The notes: generated by a model from the letters alone, not told the origin. Shown: positions 41,624 to 51,265, numbered from the stretch's first letter. The stretch is 64,000 nt of DNA from Verrucomicrobiota bacterium (GCA_039798785.1 JBDKFG010000014.1:15372-79371); one strand, 5' to 3'. Made by a program: numbers and translations.

Positions 41624-43576
41624 GTGTCCGCTCCTGCTCCTGAGCTCAGAGTCCAAACTCGTGCCGCCGCCGCCGCCTTCTTCGTCCTGGCGCTTCTCGC
41701 CGCGTCGATGGCCCGTTGGTCTGGCAACACCGCCGCCATCCTCTCCCTCGCCCCCTCGATCGCCGCCCTGGTCTTCGGGCTGCTGGCAATGCGCTCGGCC
41801 TCCGCCGCCTGGCTGCTTGAGGAGGAACGGCGGGCCGCGGCCCGGCGCCAACGCAGCGCCGAAGCCGACCTCTTCCTTGAAGATGCAGGCGTCCTTTCCG
41901 CCGAGAGGGAAAGCCGCTCTCTGCACCGCTGGATCATCCCGGCCGCCGGCCTCGTCGTCGCCATCGGCCTGGGAGCCGCGGCTTGGCATGGCTTCTTCCC
42001 GGGCGTCGACCAGGCCACTGCCGTCAAGGCTGCCGGCAACGCCCTGCTGAAGGAGACCGGGATCGTCCTGGAAGGAGTCAACCCGGTCCGTTGCGGCGCC
42101 CTTCTCGCCGCCCTGGCGGTGGCGCAGCTGCTCGCCGGCGCCTTCTTCGCCGGCCTGGGCCGCAGCGGCGGCAGCCGCGAGCTGGGCGCGGCCGCCGCCT
42201 GGTGCCTCGCCGCCGCAGCCTTCGGCGGCGCCAACGCCGCAGCCCTCATCCTCAGCACTCAGGGAGTCGACATCCATCAGCCCCTCCGGCTCGTCCTCGC
42301 CGGCGTCCTCAGCGTCCTGGCTCTTGAGATCCCGGTCACCTTGATGATCGAGTATTTCCGTCCCCGCCGCGGCGGCGAGCAGCTGGTGCTCTCCAGCCGC
42401 CTTCTCTCGCTCTTCACCGAGCCTGGCACCGTCGCCGCCAATCTCGGCAAAGCCTTGGAATACCAGTTCGGAGTCAAGGTCGAGGAAGGTTCGACCCGAC
42501 GCTTCTTCACCCGGCTCGCCCTGCCGCTCATCCTCCTGCAGCTCCTCGCCTTTTGGATGCTGGACGGCTTCGCCCGCATCGAACCCGGCCAGCAGGGCAT
42601 CCGCGAGACTTTCGGCAAGCGTTCGCAACAGACGCTCGAGCCGGGGCTGCATTTCAAGCTGCCCTGGCCCTTCGGCGCAATCCGGGTCGAGAACGTCGAA
42701 AGCGTCAAGGTCATCGTCCTCGGCACCGTCAATGCCGACAAGCAGGACTCCCCCCCCTCGCCGGAGGAGGACGGCTACCGCATCGAGGAAGGCAAGGTGA
42801 TGGTCTGGGGACGCCCGAGCCACGGCCAGGGCGAAGGCAAGGAGGATTTCAACTATCCGATGCCGTCCAAAGCCAACAGCAAGGACATCAACCTGGTCTC
42901 GGTCAAGATCCCCTTGCACTACCGCATCGCCGACTTGCACCACTACCTGTATAATCACCGCGACGCCGCGGCGACGCTGGAGAAGCTCGCCGAGCGATGC
43001 GTCAGCGCCCGTCTCGCCAATCGCGATGCCGAGGACCTGCTCGGTGCCGACCGCAAGGCCGAAAGCCAGGTCCTGCAGGCCTTGATCCAAAAAGAAGCCG
43101 ACGTCCTCAGGCTCGGCGTCGAAATCCACTACGTCTCGATCGAGACCATCCACCCTCCGGTGAAGGCAGCCGCCGCCTTCGGCGAAGTCATGGGCGCCCG
43201 CTTCGACAAGGATGCCAAGGTCTACAAGGCCAGCGCCGACGCCAAGAAGCTCAGCACCGAGGCACTCTCCGAGACCTTTGCCATCGAGAGCAAGGCCCTG
43301 GCCGCCGCTTCGCAGCGCGGCGCCATCGCCAGTGAACAGGCCGCCCGCTTCGCCGTCCGCAAGACCCTCCACGACATCGATCCCTGCACCTTCCGCCTCC
43401 TGAGCTACCTGGAGGTGATCCAGGGGCTCAAGGATCTGCCCAAATACATCGTCTGCGGCGAACAGGCCAAGCGCGTCATCAACCTCAATCTCGAGCGCGA
43501 CGCCAATCTCGATCTGCTGAAGGACATTCAACTGGAATCCGCCAAACCCGCCGCGGACAAGGAGAACAACAAGTGA
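41624..43576 (+). CDS. HflK-like SPFH protein with large N-terminal multi-TM domain
   Basis: GGGAGG RBS + GTG; TM-rich N-half; LEPGLHFKLPWPFG, LGVEIHYVSIETIHPP. Confidence 0.82.
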   Translation: MSAPAPELRVQTRAAAAAFFVLALLAASMARWSGNTAAILSLAPSIAALVFGLLAMRSASAAWLLEEERRAAARRQRSAEADLFLEDAGVLSAERESRSLHRWIIPAAGLVVAIGLGAAAWHGFFPGVDQATAVKAAGNALLKETGIVLEGVNPVRCGALLAALAVAQLLAGAFFAGLGRSGGSRELGAAAAWCLAAAAFGGANAAALILSTQGVDIHQPLRLVLAGVLSVLALEIPVTLMIEYFRPRRGGEQLVLSSRLLSLFTEPGTVAANLGKALEYQFGVKVEEGSTRRFFTRLALPLILLQLLAFWMLDGFARIEPGQQGIRETFGKRSQQTLEPGLHFKLPWPFGAIRVENVESVKVIVLGTVNADKQDSPPSPEEDGYRIEEGKVMVWGRPSHGQGEGKEDFNYPMPSKANSKDINLVSVKIPLHYRIADLHHYLYNHRDAAATLEKLAERCVSARLANRDAEDLLGADRKAESQVLQALIQKEADVLRLGVEIHYVSIETIHPPVKAAAAFGEVMGARFDKDAKVYKASADAKKLSTEALSETFAIESKALAAASQRGAIASEQAARFAVRKTLHDIDPCTFRLLSYLEVIQGLKDLPKYIVCGEQAKRVINLNLERDANLDLLKDIQLESAKPAADKENNK

Positions 43577-44595
43577 GCTCGACCGACACCCCCAAGCCCC
43601 GCCTGCCCCTCCTGATCGCCGCAGGCGCCGGCCTCATCTTCCTCGCCAGCTCCGCCTGCTTCCAGGCCCATGAAGGCGAAAGCACCCTCGTCCTCCGCCT
43701 CGGAAAGGCCCGCGCGGAGGTCGAGCCCGGCCTCAACTTCAAGCTTCCCTACCCCATCGAATCGGTCGTCCGCCTCGACAAGCGGCTGATGAGCCTGGAA
43801 CGCCCCCTGACCCAGACATCCTTGCGGGATGCCCAGTCTCTGATGGTCGCCACCTACGCCCTCTGGAGGATCGAGGATCCGGCGCTCTTCCTCAAGACGC
43901 TCGGCAGCGTCAAGAAAGCCGAAGGCTCGCTCAGCGACATCCTCGGCGGCGCCACCGGCCAGGTCTACAGCCAGTACCAGCTCACCGACATCGTCACCGT
44001 CGGCGACAGCAAGCTGCCCCAGATCGAAGGCAAGATCAAGGAGATCGCCGCGCCGGTGGCGAAGCAGTACGGCATCTCGATCGAGACCTGCGGCGTCCAC
44101 CGCCAGGGCCTGTCGCCCGACAAGACCACCGAATCCGCGATCGAGCGGATGCGGGAAGCCCGCCAGGTCCTGGCCCAGGAGTATCGCCTGCAAGGTGAAG
44201 TCCAGGCTCAGAAGATCCTCGCCGAGGCCCGGGCGCAGTCGCTGAAGACGATCAACACCGCGAACTCCCAGGCCGAGCAGATCCGCGCCGCCGGCGAGGC
44301 CAAGGCGGTCGCCAGCTACGAGGTTTTCAAAAAGGATCCCAAGCTCGCCGAATTCCTCTTCAAGCTCGAGGCCCTCCGACTCAACCTCACCGGCTCCAGC
44401 ACCGTCCTGATCATGGACGACGACACCGCCCCCTTCGACCTGCTGAAGAAGTCAAGCCTCGACAAGCTCCGCAGCGCGCCCCCCGGCACCTCGCCCGTGG
44501 TCGAAACCGCCCGCGACGGCAAGATCTACTGGGACAGCGAAAGCAAGAAGTTCCTTCCTCTGGCGCCGGAGAAAGGCCAGGGAGCTGAACAGTGA
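43573..44595 (+). CDS. HflC-like SPFH protein
   Basis: EPGLNFKLPYPIESVVRLDKR, WRIEDPALF, ERMREAR, AEQIRAAGEAKA, APFDLL. Confidence 0.88.
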   Translation: MSSTDTPKPRLPLLIAAGAGLIFLASSACFQAHEGESTLVLRLGKARAEVEPGLNFKLPYPIESVVRLDKRLMSLERPLTQTSLRDAQSLMVATYALWRIEDPALFLKTLGSVKKAEGSLSDILGGATGQVYSQYQLTDIVTVGDSKLPQIEGKIKEIAAPVAKQYGISIETCGVHRQGLSPDKTTESAIERMREARQVLAQEYRLQGEVQAQKILAEARAQSLKTINTANSQAEQIRAAGEAKAVASYEVFKKDPKLAEFLFKLEALRLNLTGSSTVLIMDDDTAPFDLLKKSSLDKLRSAPPGTSPVVETARDGKIYWDSESKKFLPLAPEKGQGAEQ

Positions 44596-45698
44596 AGCCC
44601 GCCGCCGCCCCCCTGGGCGCCGCGGAAGCCCTGGGCGGAGCCCTCCGCTTCCTCTCCATCCTGCTGCGCCTGCTCGCCCTCGGAGTCCTCGTCCTCGCCG
44701 TCCGTACCGGATGCTACTCGGTCGAGGCCGGCAAGCAGGCCCTCCCCTTCCACTTCGGCAAGATCGCCTCCTCCGGCCCGGTCGAAGGCGGCGACGGCCG
44801 CATGCACTGGATCCTGCCACGCCCCTTCGGCCGCGTCGTCCTCCTGCCTTCCGCCAGCGCGCCTCAGAACCTCCTCAGCAGCAGCTTCTGGCCAGCCGAG
44901 GCGAGCAGCGCCCTGGTGGTCAAACCAGACGAGTCCAGCGACTCCAGCGAGCCCCTGGTGATGGGCCGAGACGGCTGCGTCCTCACCGGCGACCTCTACC
45001 TCTTCCATGTCCGCGGCAAGCTCACCTGGAACATCAGCGACGCCGCCGCCTACTGGCAGTCCTTCGGCAATCCGCAAGGAGACGCCGCCAAGACCGCCAA
45101 GCAGGCCGAGACGGTGCTCCGCCAGCTCTTCGACTCGGCCCTCCTCGGCGAGGCAAGCAGGCGCAAGGTCGACACCGCCTTCTACACCGACCTGAACGGC
45201 TACCGGCTCGCTGTGGAAGCCAACCTGGCCGATCGGCTCAAGCTCCAGGCCCTGGGAATCTCCATCTCCCGCATCGAAATCAAGTCCGACGACCGCCGCG
45301 CCATCCGCCTCGTCCAAGGCACCTTCAACAACGTCGTCGCAGCCCAATCAAAGGCCAGCTCGCGGATCAACGCCGCCAAGAAGGAGGCCCTCGCCATCGC
45401 CGGCCAGGCCGACGCGGAAGCCCGCAGGATCCTCGCCGACGCCGAAGTCTACCGCAACAACATGATCGTCAACACCGAGAACAAGGCCCGCAAGATGGAG
45501 GAGTTCCTCAAGGTCTACGACCCTGCCAATCCGGAAGCCTCCCTCGCCAGCCTCTACCACAGCACTCTCGGCGAATCGCTCGCCGCCGTGCCCGAGAAGT
45601 GGATGATCAAGAAAGGCTCCAACCAGGAGCTCCGACTGCAGCTCAACCGCCAGACCAAGCCCCCTGCCGCCGCCAAGCCGGAGCCGCCCCGCCCTTGA
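44592..45698 (+). CDS. HflK-like SPFH protein
   Basis: MHWILPRPFG, VLTGDLYLFHV, FNNVVAAQ, AGQADAEARRILADAE. Confidence 0.82.
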   Translation: MKPAAAPLGAAEALGGALRFLSILLRLLALGVLVLAVRTGCYSVEAGKQALPFHFGKIASSGPVEGGDGRMHWILPRPFGRVVLLPSASAPQNLLSSSFWPAEASSALVVKPDESSDSSEPLVMGRDGCVLTGDLYLFHVRGKLTWNISDAAAYWQSFGNPQGDAAKTAKQAETVLRQLFDSALLGEASRRKVDTAFYTDLNGYRLAVEANLADRLKLQALGISISRIEIKSDDRRAIRLVQGTFNNVVAAQSKASSRINAAKKEALAIAGQADAEARRILADAEVYRNNMIVNTENKARKMEEFLKVYDPANPEASLASLYHSTLGESLAAVPEKWMIKKGSNQELRLQLNRQTKPPAAAKPEPPRP

Positions 45699-45777
45699 TT
45701 CGCCCCTTGCATCGACAGGCTCGGAATCTATTGTCTTCGAACGCCCGCCCGGGCCCCAAAAATTCAGGAGAGACGCC

Positions 45778-48321
45778 ATGAAGTCGTGGATCTGGACAGC
45801 CTCCCTCAGTGACCCTCGCGTCGCCTTCCGCCGTGAATTCACCCTCGACCGCCCACCTCTCGAAGCCCGTCTCGACTTCGCCTCCCGAGGCCCCTTCCTC
45901 ATCCTTGTCAACGGGGAAGTGGTCTTCTCCGGGCCCGCCCCAGCCGCCGACGGCCACTGCTCCCTGCATCAACTCGACATCACCTTCCTGATGCAGGCCG
46001 GCCGCAACAGCCTCTGCGCCCTGGTCCATGGCGCCGATGACGGCGTCCCCGGCTTCTGCTGCATCCTCAACGCCGACGGCCATCGCCTGGTCGACAGCGA
46101 CGCCTCCTGGCTCGCCCTCGGCGCCGCCTCGTCGCGGGTCTCGCCCTCGCGCGGCCCCGGCCACGGCCAGTGCGAGCTGCACGACCTCGCCCTGCTTCCC
46201 GAAGGCTGGGCCGATCCCGACACCTCGAGCGAAGGATGGAAGACCGCCTCCCTGCTCGGCCCCGCCCCGGGCAACTGCGCCTGGTCGATGATCCAGGTCA
46301 AGTCGCCCCTCAGCCTCGCCGCACTGCGCGCCACCGCCGCCCGCGGCAGGATGGTACCCGCCGCCGCATGCCTCCCCTTAGACCTCGCCTCGCTCCGCCG
46401 CGGCGGGGCCATCCTCGCCACCGCCTCGCTCCGCATCCCCGCCGGCCCCCACTCCCTGGTGGTGGTCTGCGACGGTGAATGGGCTCTCGACATCGGCGGC
46501 TCCACCATCCTCAGCGGCGACGGCCAGCGCCTCGTCCACTCCTGCGAAATCGAGCTCCCGGAGGAATGGGTCGAAGTGCGCTTCCGCGCCGTCTGCGACC
46601 GACGCCTCTGCGGCGCCACCCTGCTCTTCCCCGGATTGAGCCCCGAAACCGTCGCCCTGAATCAACTGCCCGACGACGAAGCCGAGGCCGGCTGGCTCGT
46701 CGCTCATCTCAAGGTCCCCTTCTCCCGCTCGGCCGGCATCTCCCTCGCCTTGCCCGAATTCAGCCCCTCCCCCCTCGGCGGCGCCGACGCCGCCGCCTGG
46801 CTCTCCTCTTTCACCTTCAACAACGAACTGAAGGCTGCCGAGCCTTTCAGCAGCCTCACGCTCGGCAGCGGCGAATACGCCAGCCTCGACCTCGGCCGCC
46901 GCAACATCGCCCTGCCGCAATTGCAGCTCCAGGGCAGCGCCGGCGACGTCGTCGACATCCTCCTCACCGAAGACCTGCACGACGGCGCTCCGGAGCCGAT
47001 CTCGCACGGCATCCGCCGCGTCGACACCATCGTGCTTTCCGGCCACCTCGACTCCTGGACCCCCGTGGTCTTCAGCGGCTTCCGCTACCTCAGCATCGCC
47101 GTCCGCTCCGCCGCCGGCAGCATCGAAGTCAGCAACGCCAACGTCCTCCTGCCCGGCCGCGACCGCGACGCCGCCCTCTCCTCCTTCGACTGCTCCGACG
47201 CACGCTTGAAAAAGGTGTGGGAGCGCGCCGCCGAAGCCGCCGACGGCTGTTGCGAATTGCAGCTGCGCGACGCCGTCTCTTCGCCCGCCGGCCAGAACCT
47301 CTTCCCCTCGGCACTCCTCGGCGGCGCCGGCCTCTGGACCGGCGCCGATCTCGGCCCCTTCCGCCAGGCCCTCCTCGATTTCGCCTCGGCCCAATTCGAG
47401 ACCGGCGAGATCCCCAGCCGCTTTCCCAATGGCGACGAAGGAGATCCCCTCGCCTCGATGATGTGGGTGATCTGGCTGCAGAAACACGCCCTCTTCACCG
47501 GCGAGCGGGAAACCGTAGCCGCCGCCGCCCCCGCCCTCGCCGCCCTGCTCGAATGGCTCAGCCGCGAAGCCGCACCCTCCGGCCTCCTCCTCGAGGAAGG
47601 CGGCGTCAATGCCCTGGTCAACGCCCTCTTCTGCCGCGCCCTCCAGGCCGCCTCCTGGCTGATGGACTTCATGGACAACGAAGATGATGCGGCGGTCTAT
47701 CGCGGCCATGCCGAAAAGGTCGGCCTCGCCCTCCGCGAACTCTGCCTGCCGGAAGGCGTCCAGGAGGAAGCAGCCTACGAAGTCACCGTCGCAGCCATCT
47801 ACGCCGGCATCCTGCCCGAATCCCAGGCGCAAGCCCTCTTCGACCGCTGGCACCTGCCCGAGTCTCCCTTCTGGAAAGACGATGTCGGGCCCGACGAACG
47901 CAGCCCCTTCCACGCCCTGCTCGCCATCGAAGCGGCCCTCAACCTCGGCCGCAGCCACTGGGCCGTCGACTTCATCGCCGAATTCTGGACTGCCCAAGAA
48001 CACTCCCCCTGCAGCGTCTTCAGCAGCATCCCCGCCCCCTACCTGATCAGCGAGCTGATCGGCGTGCGCCCCGCCGCCCCGGGTTTCGCCCAGGTCTTCC
48101 TCAACCCCCTCGACAGCGGCATCAAGTCGGCCAAATGCCGACTCCAGACCCCTCACGGCAGCCTCGCCGTCGAATGGCTGCGCCGCAACGACGGCGCCTT
48201 CGACTTCAACATCAACTCCTCCTTCGCCGTCGATGTCATCTCGGAACTGCCGGCCGAACTCAACGCCCGCTGCGCCTTCCGGGTCAATGAAGAAGTGTCG
48301 GTGATGGCCAAAGAGAAGTGA
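45778..48321 (+). CDS. Alpha-L-rhamnosidase (GH78)-like protein, catalytic motif degenerate
   Basis: WIW..VAFRREFTL, LDLGRRN, SGFRYL, FDCSDARLKKVWE, GVRPAAPGF, TPHGSLAVEW. Confidence 0.78.
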   Translation: MKSWIWTASLSDPRVAFRREFTLDRPPLEARLDFASRGPFLILVNGEVVFSGPAPAADGHCSLHQLDITFLMQAGRNSLCALVHGADDGVPGFCCILNADGHRLVDSDASWLALGAASSRVSPSRGPGHGQCELHDLALLPEGWADPDTSSEGWKTASLLGPAPGNCAWSMIQVKSPLSLAALRATAARGRMVPAAACLPLDLASLRRGGAILATASLRIPAGPHSLVVVCDGEWALDIGGSTILSGDGQRLVHSCEIELPEEWVEVRFRAVCDRRLCGATLLFPGLSPETVALNQLPDDEAEAGWLVAHLKVPFSRSAGISLALPEFSPSPLGGADAAAWLSSFTFNNELKAAEPFSSLTLGSGEYASLDLGRRNIALPQLQLQGSAGDVVDILLTEDLHDGAPEPISHGIRRVDTIVLSGHLDSWTPVVFSGFRYLSIAVRSAAGSIEVSNANVLLPGRDRDAALSSFDCSDARLKKVWERAAEAADGCCELQLRDAVSSPAGQNLFPSALLGGAGLWTGADLGPFRQALLDFASAQFETGEIPSRFPNGDEGDPLASMMWVIWLQKHALFTGERETVAAAAPALAALLEWLSREAAPSGLLLEEGGVNALVNALFCRALQAASWLMDFMDNEDDAAVYRGHAEKVGLALRELCLPEGVQEEAAYEVTVAAIYAGILPESQAQALFDRWHLPESPFWKDDVGPDERSPFHALLAIEAALNLGRSHWAVDFIAEFWTAQEHSPCSVFSSIPAPYLISELIGVRPAAPGFAQVFLNPLDSGIKSAKCRLQTPHGSLAVEWLRRNDGAFDFNINSSFAVDVISELPAELNARCAFRVNEEVSVMAKEK

Positions 48322-48331
48322 AAAAAGGGGC

Positions 48332-48359
48332 TTGCAACAACGTGATCTGAGGATATACT
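48332..48359 (+). promoter_or_regulatory. Sigma70-type promoter of rplU
   Basis: TTGCAA-16 nt-TATACT with an A-tract upstream. Confidence 0.65.
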
Positions 48360-48428
48360 CAGCGCTCCCGTCCCCTTCGAGGGATCAGAACCAATCTCCC
48401 AAAGAGAAGCACAATAAAGGATTTCATC

Positions 48429-48740
48429 ATGTACGCAATCATCTCCACCGGCGGCAAGCAGCTGACCGTCAAGGAAGGCGACGTGGTCAAAGTCGAAAAG
48501 CTCCTCGGCGACGTCGGCACCAAGGCCCAGTTCAACACTGTCTTGGCCATCGGCGGAACTGAGAAGCCTGTTTTCGGCTCCCCCAACGTCCCTGGCGCCA
48601 CCGTCTCCTACGAAATCGTCGGCGAAGGCCGCGGCGAAAAAGTCATCGTCTTCAAGATGAAGCGCCGCAAGAGCTACCGTCGCCTGAAAGGCCACCGTCA
48701 GGATTACACCGAGATCCGCATCACCGGCATCAAGGCCTGA
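48429..48740 (+). CDS. rplU: 50S ribosomal protein L21
   Basis: MYAIISTGGKQLTVKEGD, KVIVFKMKRRKSYRRLKGHRQDYT. Confidence 0.98.
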   Translation: MYAIISTGGKQLTVKEGDVVKVEKLLGDVGTKAQFNTVLAIGGTEKPVFGSPNVPGATVSYEIVGEGRGEKVIVFKMKRRKSYRRLKGHRQDYTEIRITGIKA

Positions 48741-48755
48741 TTCCTCGGTTCTCTC

Positions 48756-48792
48756 CGAAAAGCCCCGGGCTCAAGCTCGGGGCTTTTCGTTT
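48756..48792 (+). terminator. Intrinsic terminator after rplU
   Basis: CGAAAAGCCCCGGGC-tcaa-GCTCGGGGCTTTTCG followed by TTT. Confidence 0.88.
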
Positions 48793-48828
48793 CACTCATC
48801 CCGTGCAAGCCCGCCCCCCTCACTTCGA

Positions 48829-48918
48829 CCTAAACCACAGCTGATCCACAGAAGCGGGTTTGGTCATAATAGTTGCTGTCGCAAGTCGCAACTCAACCTT
48901 TCCATTGCGGTTCTTGGG
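48829..48918. mobile_element. Degenerate short MITE related to the adjacent element
   Basis: Ends CCTAAACCACAG and (reverse complement) CCCAAGAACCGCAA; internal TCAACCTTTCCA. Confidence 0.4.
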
Positions 48919-48927
48919 GTGAATGAA

Positions 48928-49151
48928 CCTAAAAACCGCAGTTGAAAGGTTGGAAGATTGGAAGCTTCAAAGGTTGAAAGGATCAGCTACGACAGCAAGA
49001 GGTTATGGTGTTCGAGGGCGCTCGGCAACTCCTCCGGCTGGCAGTCATGCAGGTCGAACTAGAATCGCCATTTGTTGCTGTTGTTCATGCATTTGCCTTT
49101 CAACCTTCCAACCTTTCAACCCGGTTCCATTCCGCTGCTGCGGAATTTAGG
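48928..49151. mobile_element. 224-bp MITE with IS1380-like terminal inverted repeats and 5-bp target duplication
   Basis: TIRs CCTAAAAACCGCAG / CTGCGGAATTTAGG (12/14 match); ATGAA at 48923-48927 and 49152-49156; subterminal inverted octamer arrays. Confidence 0.8.
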
Positions 49152-49189
49152 ATGAAAGGAGGAAACATGACGGACTCGAACCTGGAGAT

Positions 49190-50218
49190 TCAGGGCTTGG
49201 GTTCTGCCGGAGTCAGTTCCAGCAGAATCTGATCAAGCTCCCGGATCCGCCCCTCGCGAGACGCCGGCTTCATCGCGGCGTCGCAGCGAAGCACCTCACG
49301 GGCCAGGAGGAAGGCTTCGCGGGCGCCGGCCTTGTCGCCCTTTTGGATCAGGAGCTTGGCCAACCCGTAATGATGGACCCAGACCGGCATCTTCCCTGCT
49401 GCGTCCCGCATCAGATCTATGGCGAGATCGAGCCCTTCCGAAGTCTGCTGCAGCTGGGCGACGGCCAGCTGCAGCGCCAGACTGTTGTTGAGCCATTGCT
49501 TCTGTCTCGCTTCCTCCACGAGGCGCCGCAGGCCCTCGGCCTGGCCTTGCAGGACGAGGAGCTCCAATTCGAGCGGAAAAATGCGCCGTGCCAGATCGGG
49601 AGCCGCCTGCCTGATGGCGGCGATCCCTTTGGCTGCGGTCTCCAAATTCTTTTCTTTCAACGCCTTCTGGATTGACGGATGCTGCAGCTCCCATTCCGTC
49701 AGCTGGCGCTCGAGACCGGCAAAGTCGCGTCCGGCCAGGAGGAAATCCAGGCGCTCGTCAAGGTCGCCGCTCGGGCCGCACCAGGCGATCTTGCCTTGAG
49801 CATCGACCAGGAAGCAGACGGGGATCGCATGGAAGCCGGCGGCAGAGAACCAGTCCCTGGCGATCCTCTGCTGCGCGTCGAAGCCGGTCCGGAGCTGGCG
49901 CAGCGGCTCTGCAGCGGGATTCTCGGCGAGGAATTTCTTGACTCGCGCCTCGTCCCTCTCCAGAATGTCGATGGCGATGATCTGGATCTTGTCGCCATGC
50001 CTGCGCTGCAGATCGAGAAGGTGCGGCATGCCGGCCAGGCAGGGACCGCACCAGGTGGCCCACAGGTCGACGACGCTGATCCGCCCTTTCAGCTGTGGCG
50101 CCGCCGCGTCGCCCGTGAGCCAGATGACGCCGTCAAGGGAGGGGGCTTCACGTCCGGGCTTCAGCACCGGCTGAGAGGCAGATGCAAGGCAGAAGGCGAG
50201 GATGGAGCTGGCGAACAT
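49190..50218 (-). CDS. TlpA/thioredoxin-like disulfide oxidoreductase with helical C-terminal domain
   Basis: Signal peptide; VVDLWATWCGPC, AIPVCFLVDAQGKIAW. Confidence 0.88.
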   Translation of the reverse strand: MFASSILAFCLASASQPVLKPGREAPSLDGVIWLTGDAAAPQLKGRISVVDLWATWCGPCLAGMPHLLDLQRRHGDKIQIIAIDILERDEARVKKFLAENPAAEPLRQLRTGFDAQQRIARDWFSAAGFHAIPVCFLVDAQGKIAWCGPSGDLDERLDFLLAGRDFAGLERQLTEWELQHPSIQKALKEKNLETAAKGIAAIRQAAPDLARRIFPLELELLVLQGQAEGLRRLVEEARQKQWLNNSLALQLAVAQLQQTSEGLDLAIDLMRDAAGKMPVWVHHYGLAKLLIQKGDKAGAREAFLLAREVLRCDAAMKPASREGRIRELDQILLELTPAEPKP

Positions 50219-50227
50219 CGGAATCCG

Positions 50228-51265
50228 TCACTTCTGATCCATCACAGCGAGCTGGCCGCAGGCGCCGTCGATGTCGCGGCCTAGGTTCTTGCGGATGGTG
50301 GCGGAAACGCCGCGGTGCTCGAGCGCCGCCATGAAGGAGCGGGCGCGCTCCTTCGAGGATTCGCGGTGGGCCGAATCGGTCTGATTGTAGACGATCAGGT
50401 TGACATGCAGCAGGTGCTTGGGGTGGACGCGATTGATCCAGTTGGCGAGCGATTCGGCATGTCCCTGGGAGTCGTTGTCCCCGTCGAGGAGGATGTATTC
50501 GAGGAAGACCTTGCGGTTGGTCTTCTTCAGGTAGGCGGTGAGCGATTCGGCGAGACCGGCGAGGTTGGTCGCCTTATTGGCGACCGGCATCAGGTGGTCG
50601 CGGAGCTCGTCGTTGGCGGCATGGAGGGAGAGGGCCAGGTTGACCTGGGGGTGGCGCTCGGCGAGCTCCTCGATGCCCTTGACCAGGCCGGAGGTGGAGA
50701 CCGAGATGTGGCGCGAACCCATGCCGAAGGTCTCGGCATGGGTGAGCTCGTCGATGGAGTCGAAGACGTGGCGGCGGTTGTGGAAGGGTTCGCCCATGCC
50801 CATGTAGACGATGTTGCTGAGGTGGGCCTCCATCTTGCGGGCGGCCATGAACTGGCGCCAGTAGAGCACCTGGTCGGAGATCTCCTCGGAATCCATGTTG
50901 CGCAGCAGGCCCATGCGACCGGTGGCACAGAAGGTGCAGGCCATGGCGCAGCCGACCTGGCAGGAGATGCAGGCGGTCCAGTGGCCCGGGATGGGCTCCA
51001 TCAGGACGCTCTCGACGATGCGTCCGTCGCCGAGCTTGAGCAGGGCCTTGTAAGTGCGTCTGTCGCAGGATTCGAGCAGCTTGTGCTCGCTGAGCCGGAG
51101 AACCGGCTCCTCGGCGGCGAGCTTCTCCTTCACCGCGGCGGAGAGTCCCGCGACCTCACTCCAACTGCGGACGTGCTTCCTGAAAAAGGCGTCGGCGATC
51201 TGCTTGGCCCGGAATTTCTCCAGTCCGTGTTTGGCGACAATGTCGGCGATGCGTTGGCTGTTCAT
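50228..51265 (-). CDS. rlmN: 23S rRNA/tRNA adenine C2 methyltransferase (radical SAM)
   Basis: CISCQVGCAMACTFCATG, MGMGEP, LALSLHA, DIDGACGQL. Confidence 0.95.
   Translation of the reverse strand: MNSQRIADIVAKHGLEKFRAKQIADAFFRKHVRSWSEVAGLSAAVKEKLAAEEPVLRLSEHKLLESCDRRTYKALLKLGDGRIVESVLMEPIPGHWTACISCQVGCAMACTFCATGRMGLLRNMDSEEISDQVLYWRQFMAARKMEAHLSNIVYMGMGEPFHNRRHVFDSIDELTHAETFGMGSRHISVSTSGLVKGIEELAERHPQVNLALSLHAANDELRDHLMPVANKATNLAGLAESLTAYLKKTNRKVFLEYILLDGDNDSQGHAESLANWINRVHPKHLLHVNLIVYNQTDSAHRESSKERARSFMAALEHRGVSATIRKNLGRDIDGACGQLAVMDQK

Noticed and set aside
48923..49150. 75-aa ORF MNLKTAVERLEDWK
   Set aside because: Coincides with the MITE and its octamer repeats; no evidence of coding function
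49160..49195. tRNA T-loop-like GGTTCGAGTCC on the minus strand
   Set aside because: T-stem does not pair beyond 2 bp; no acceptor stem or cloverleaf
50228..51265. Cfr-type resistance methylase
   Set aside because: Motifs (QVGC, MGMGEP) and host-like codon usage fit housekeeping RlmN
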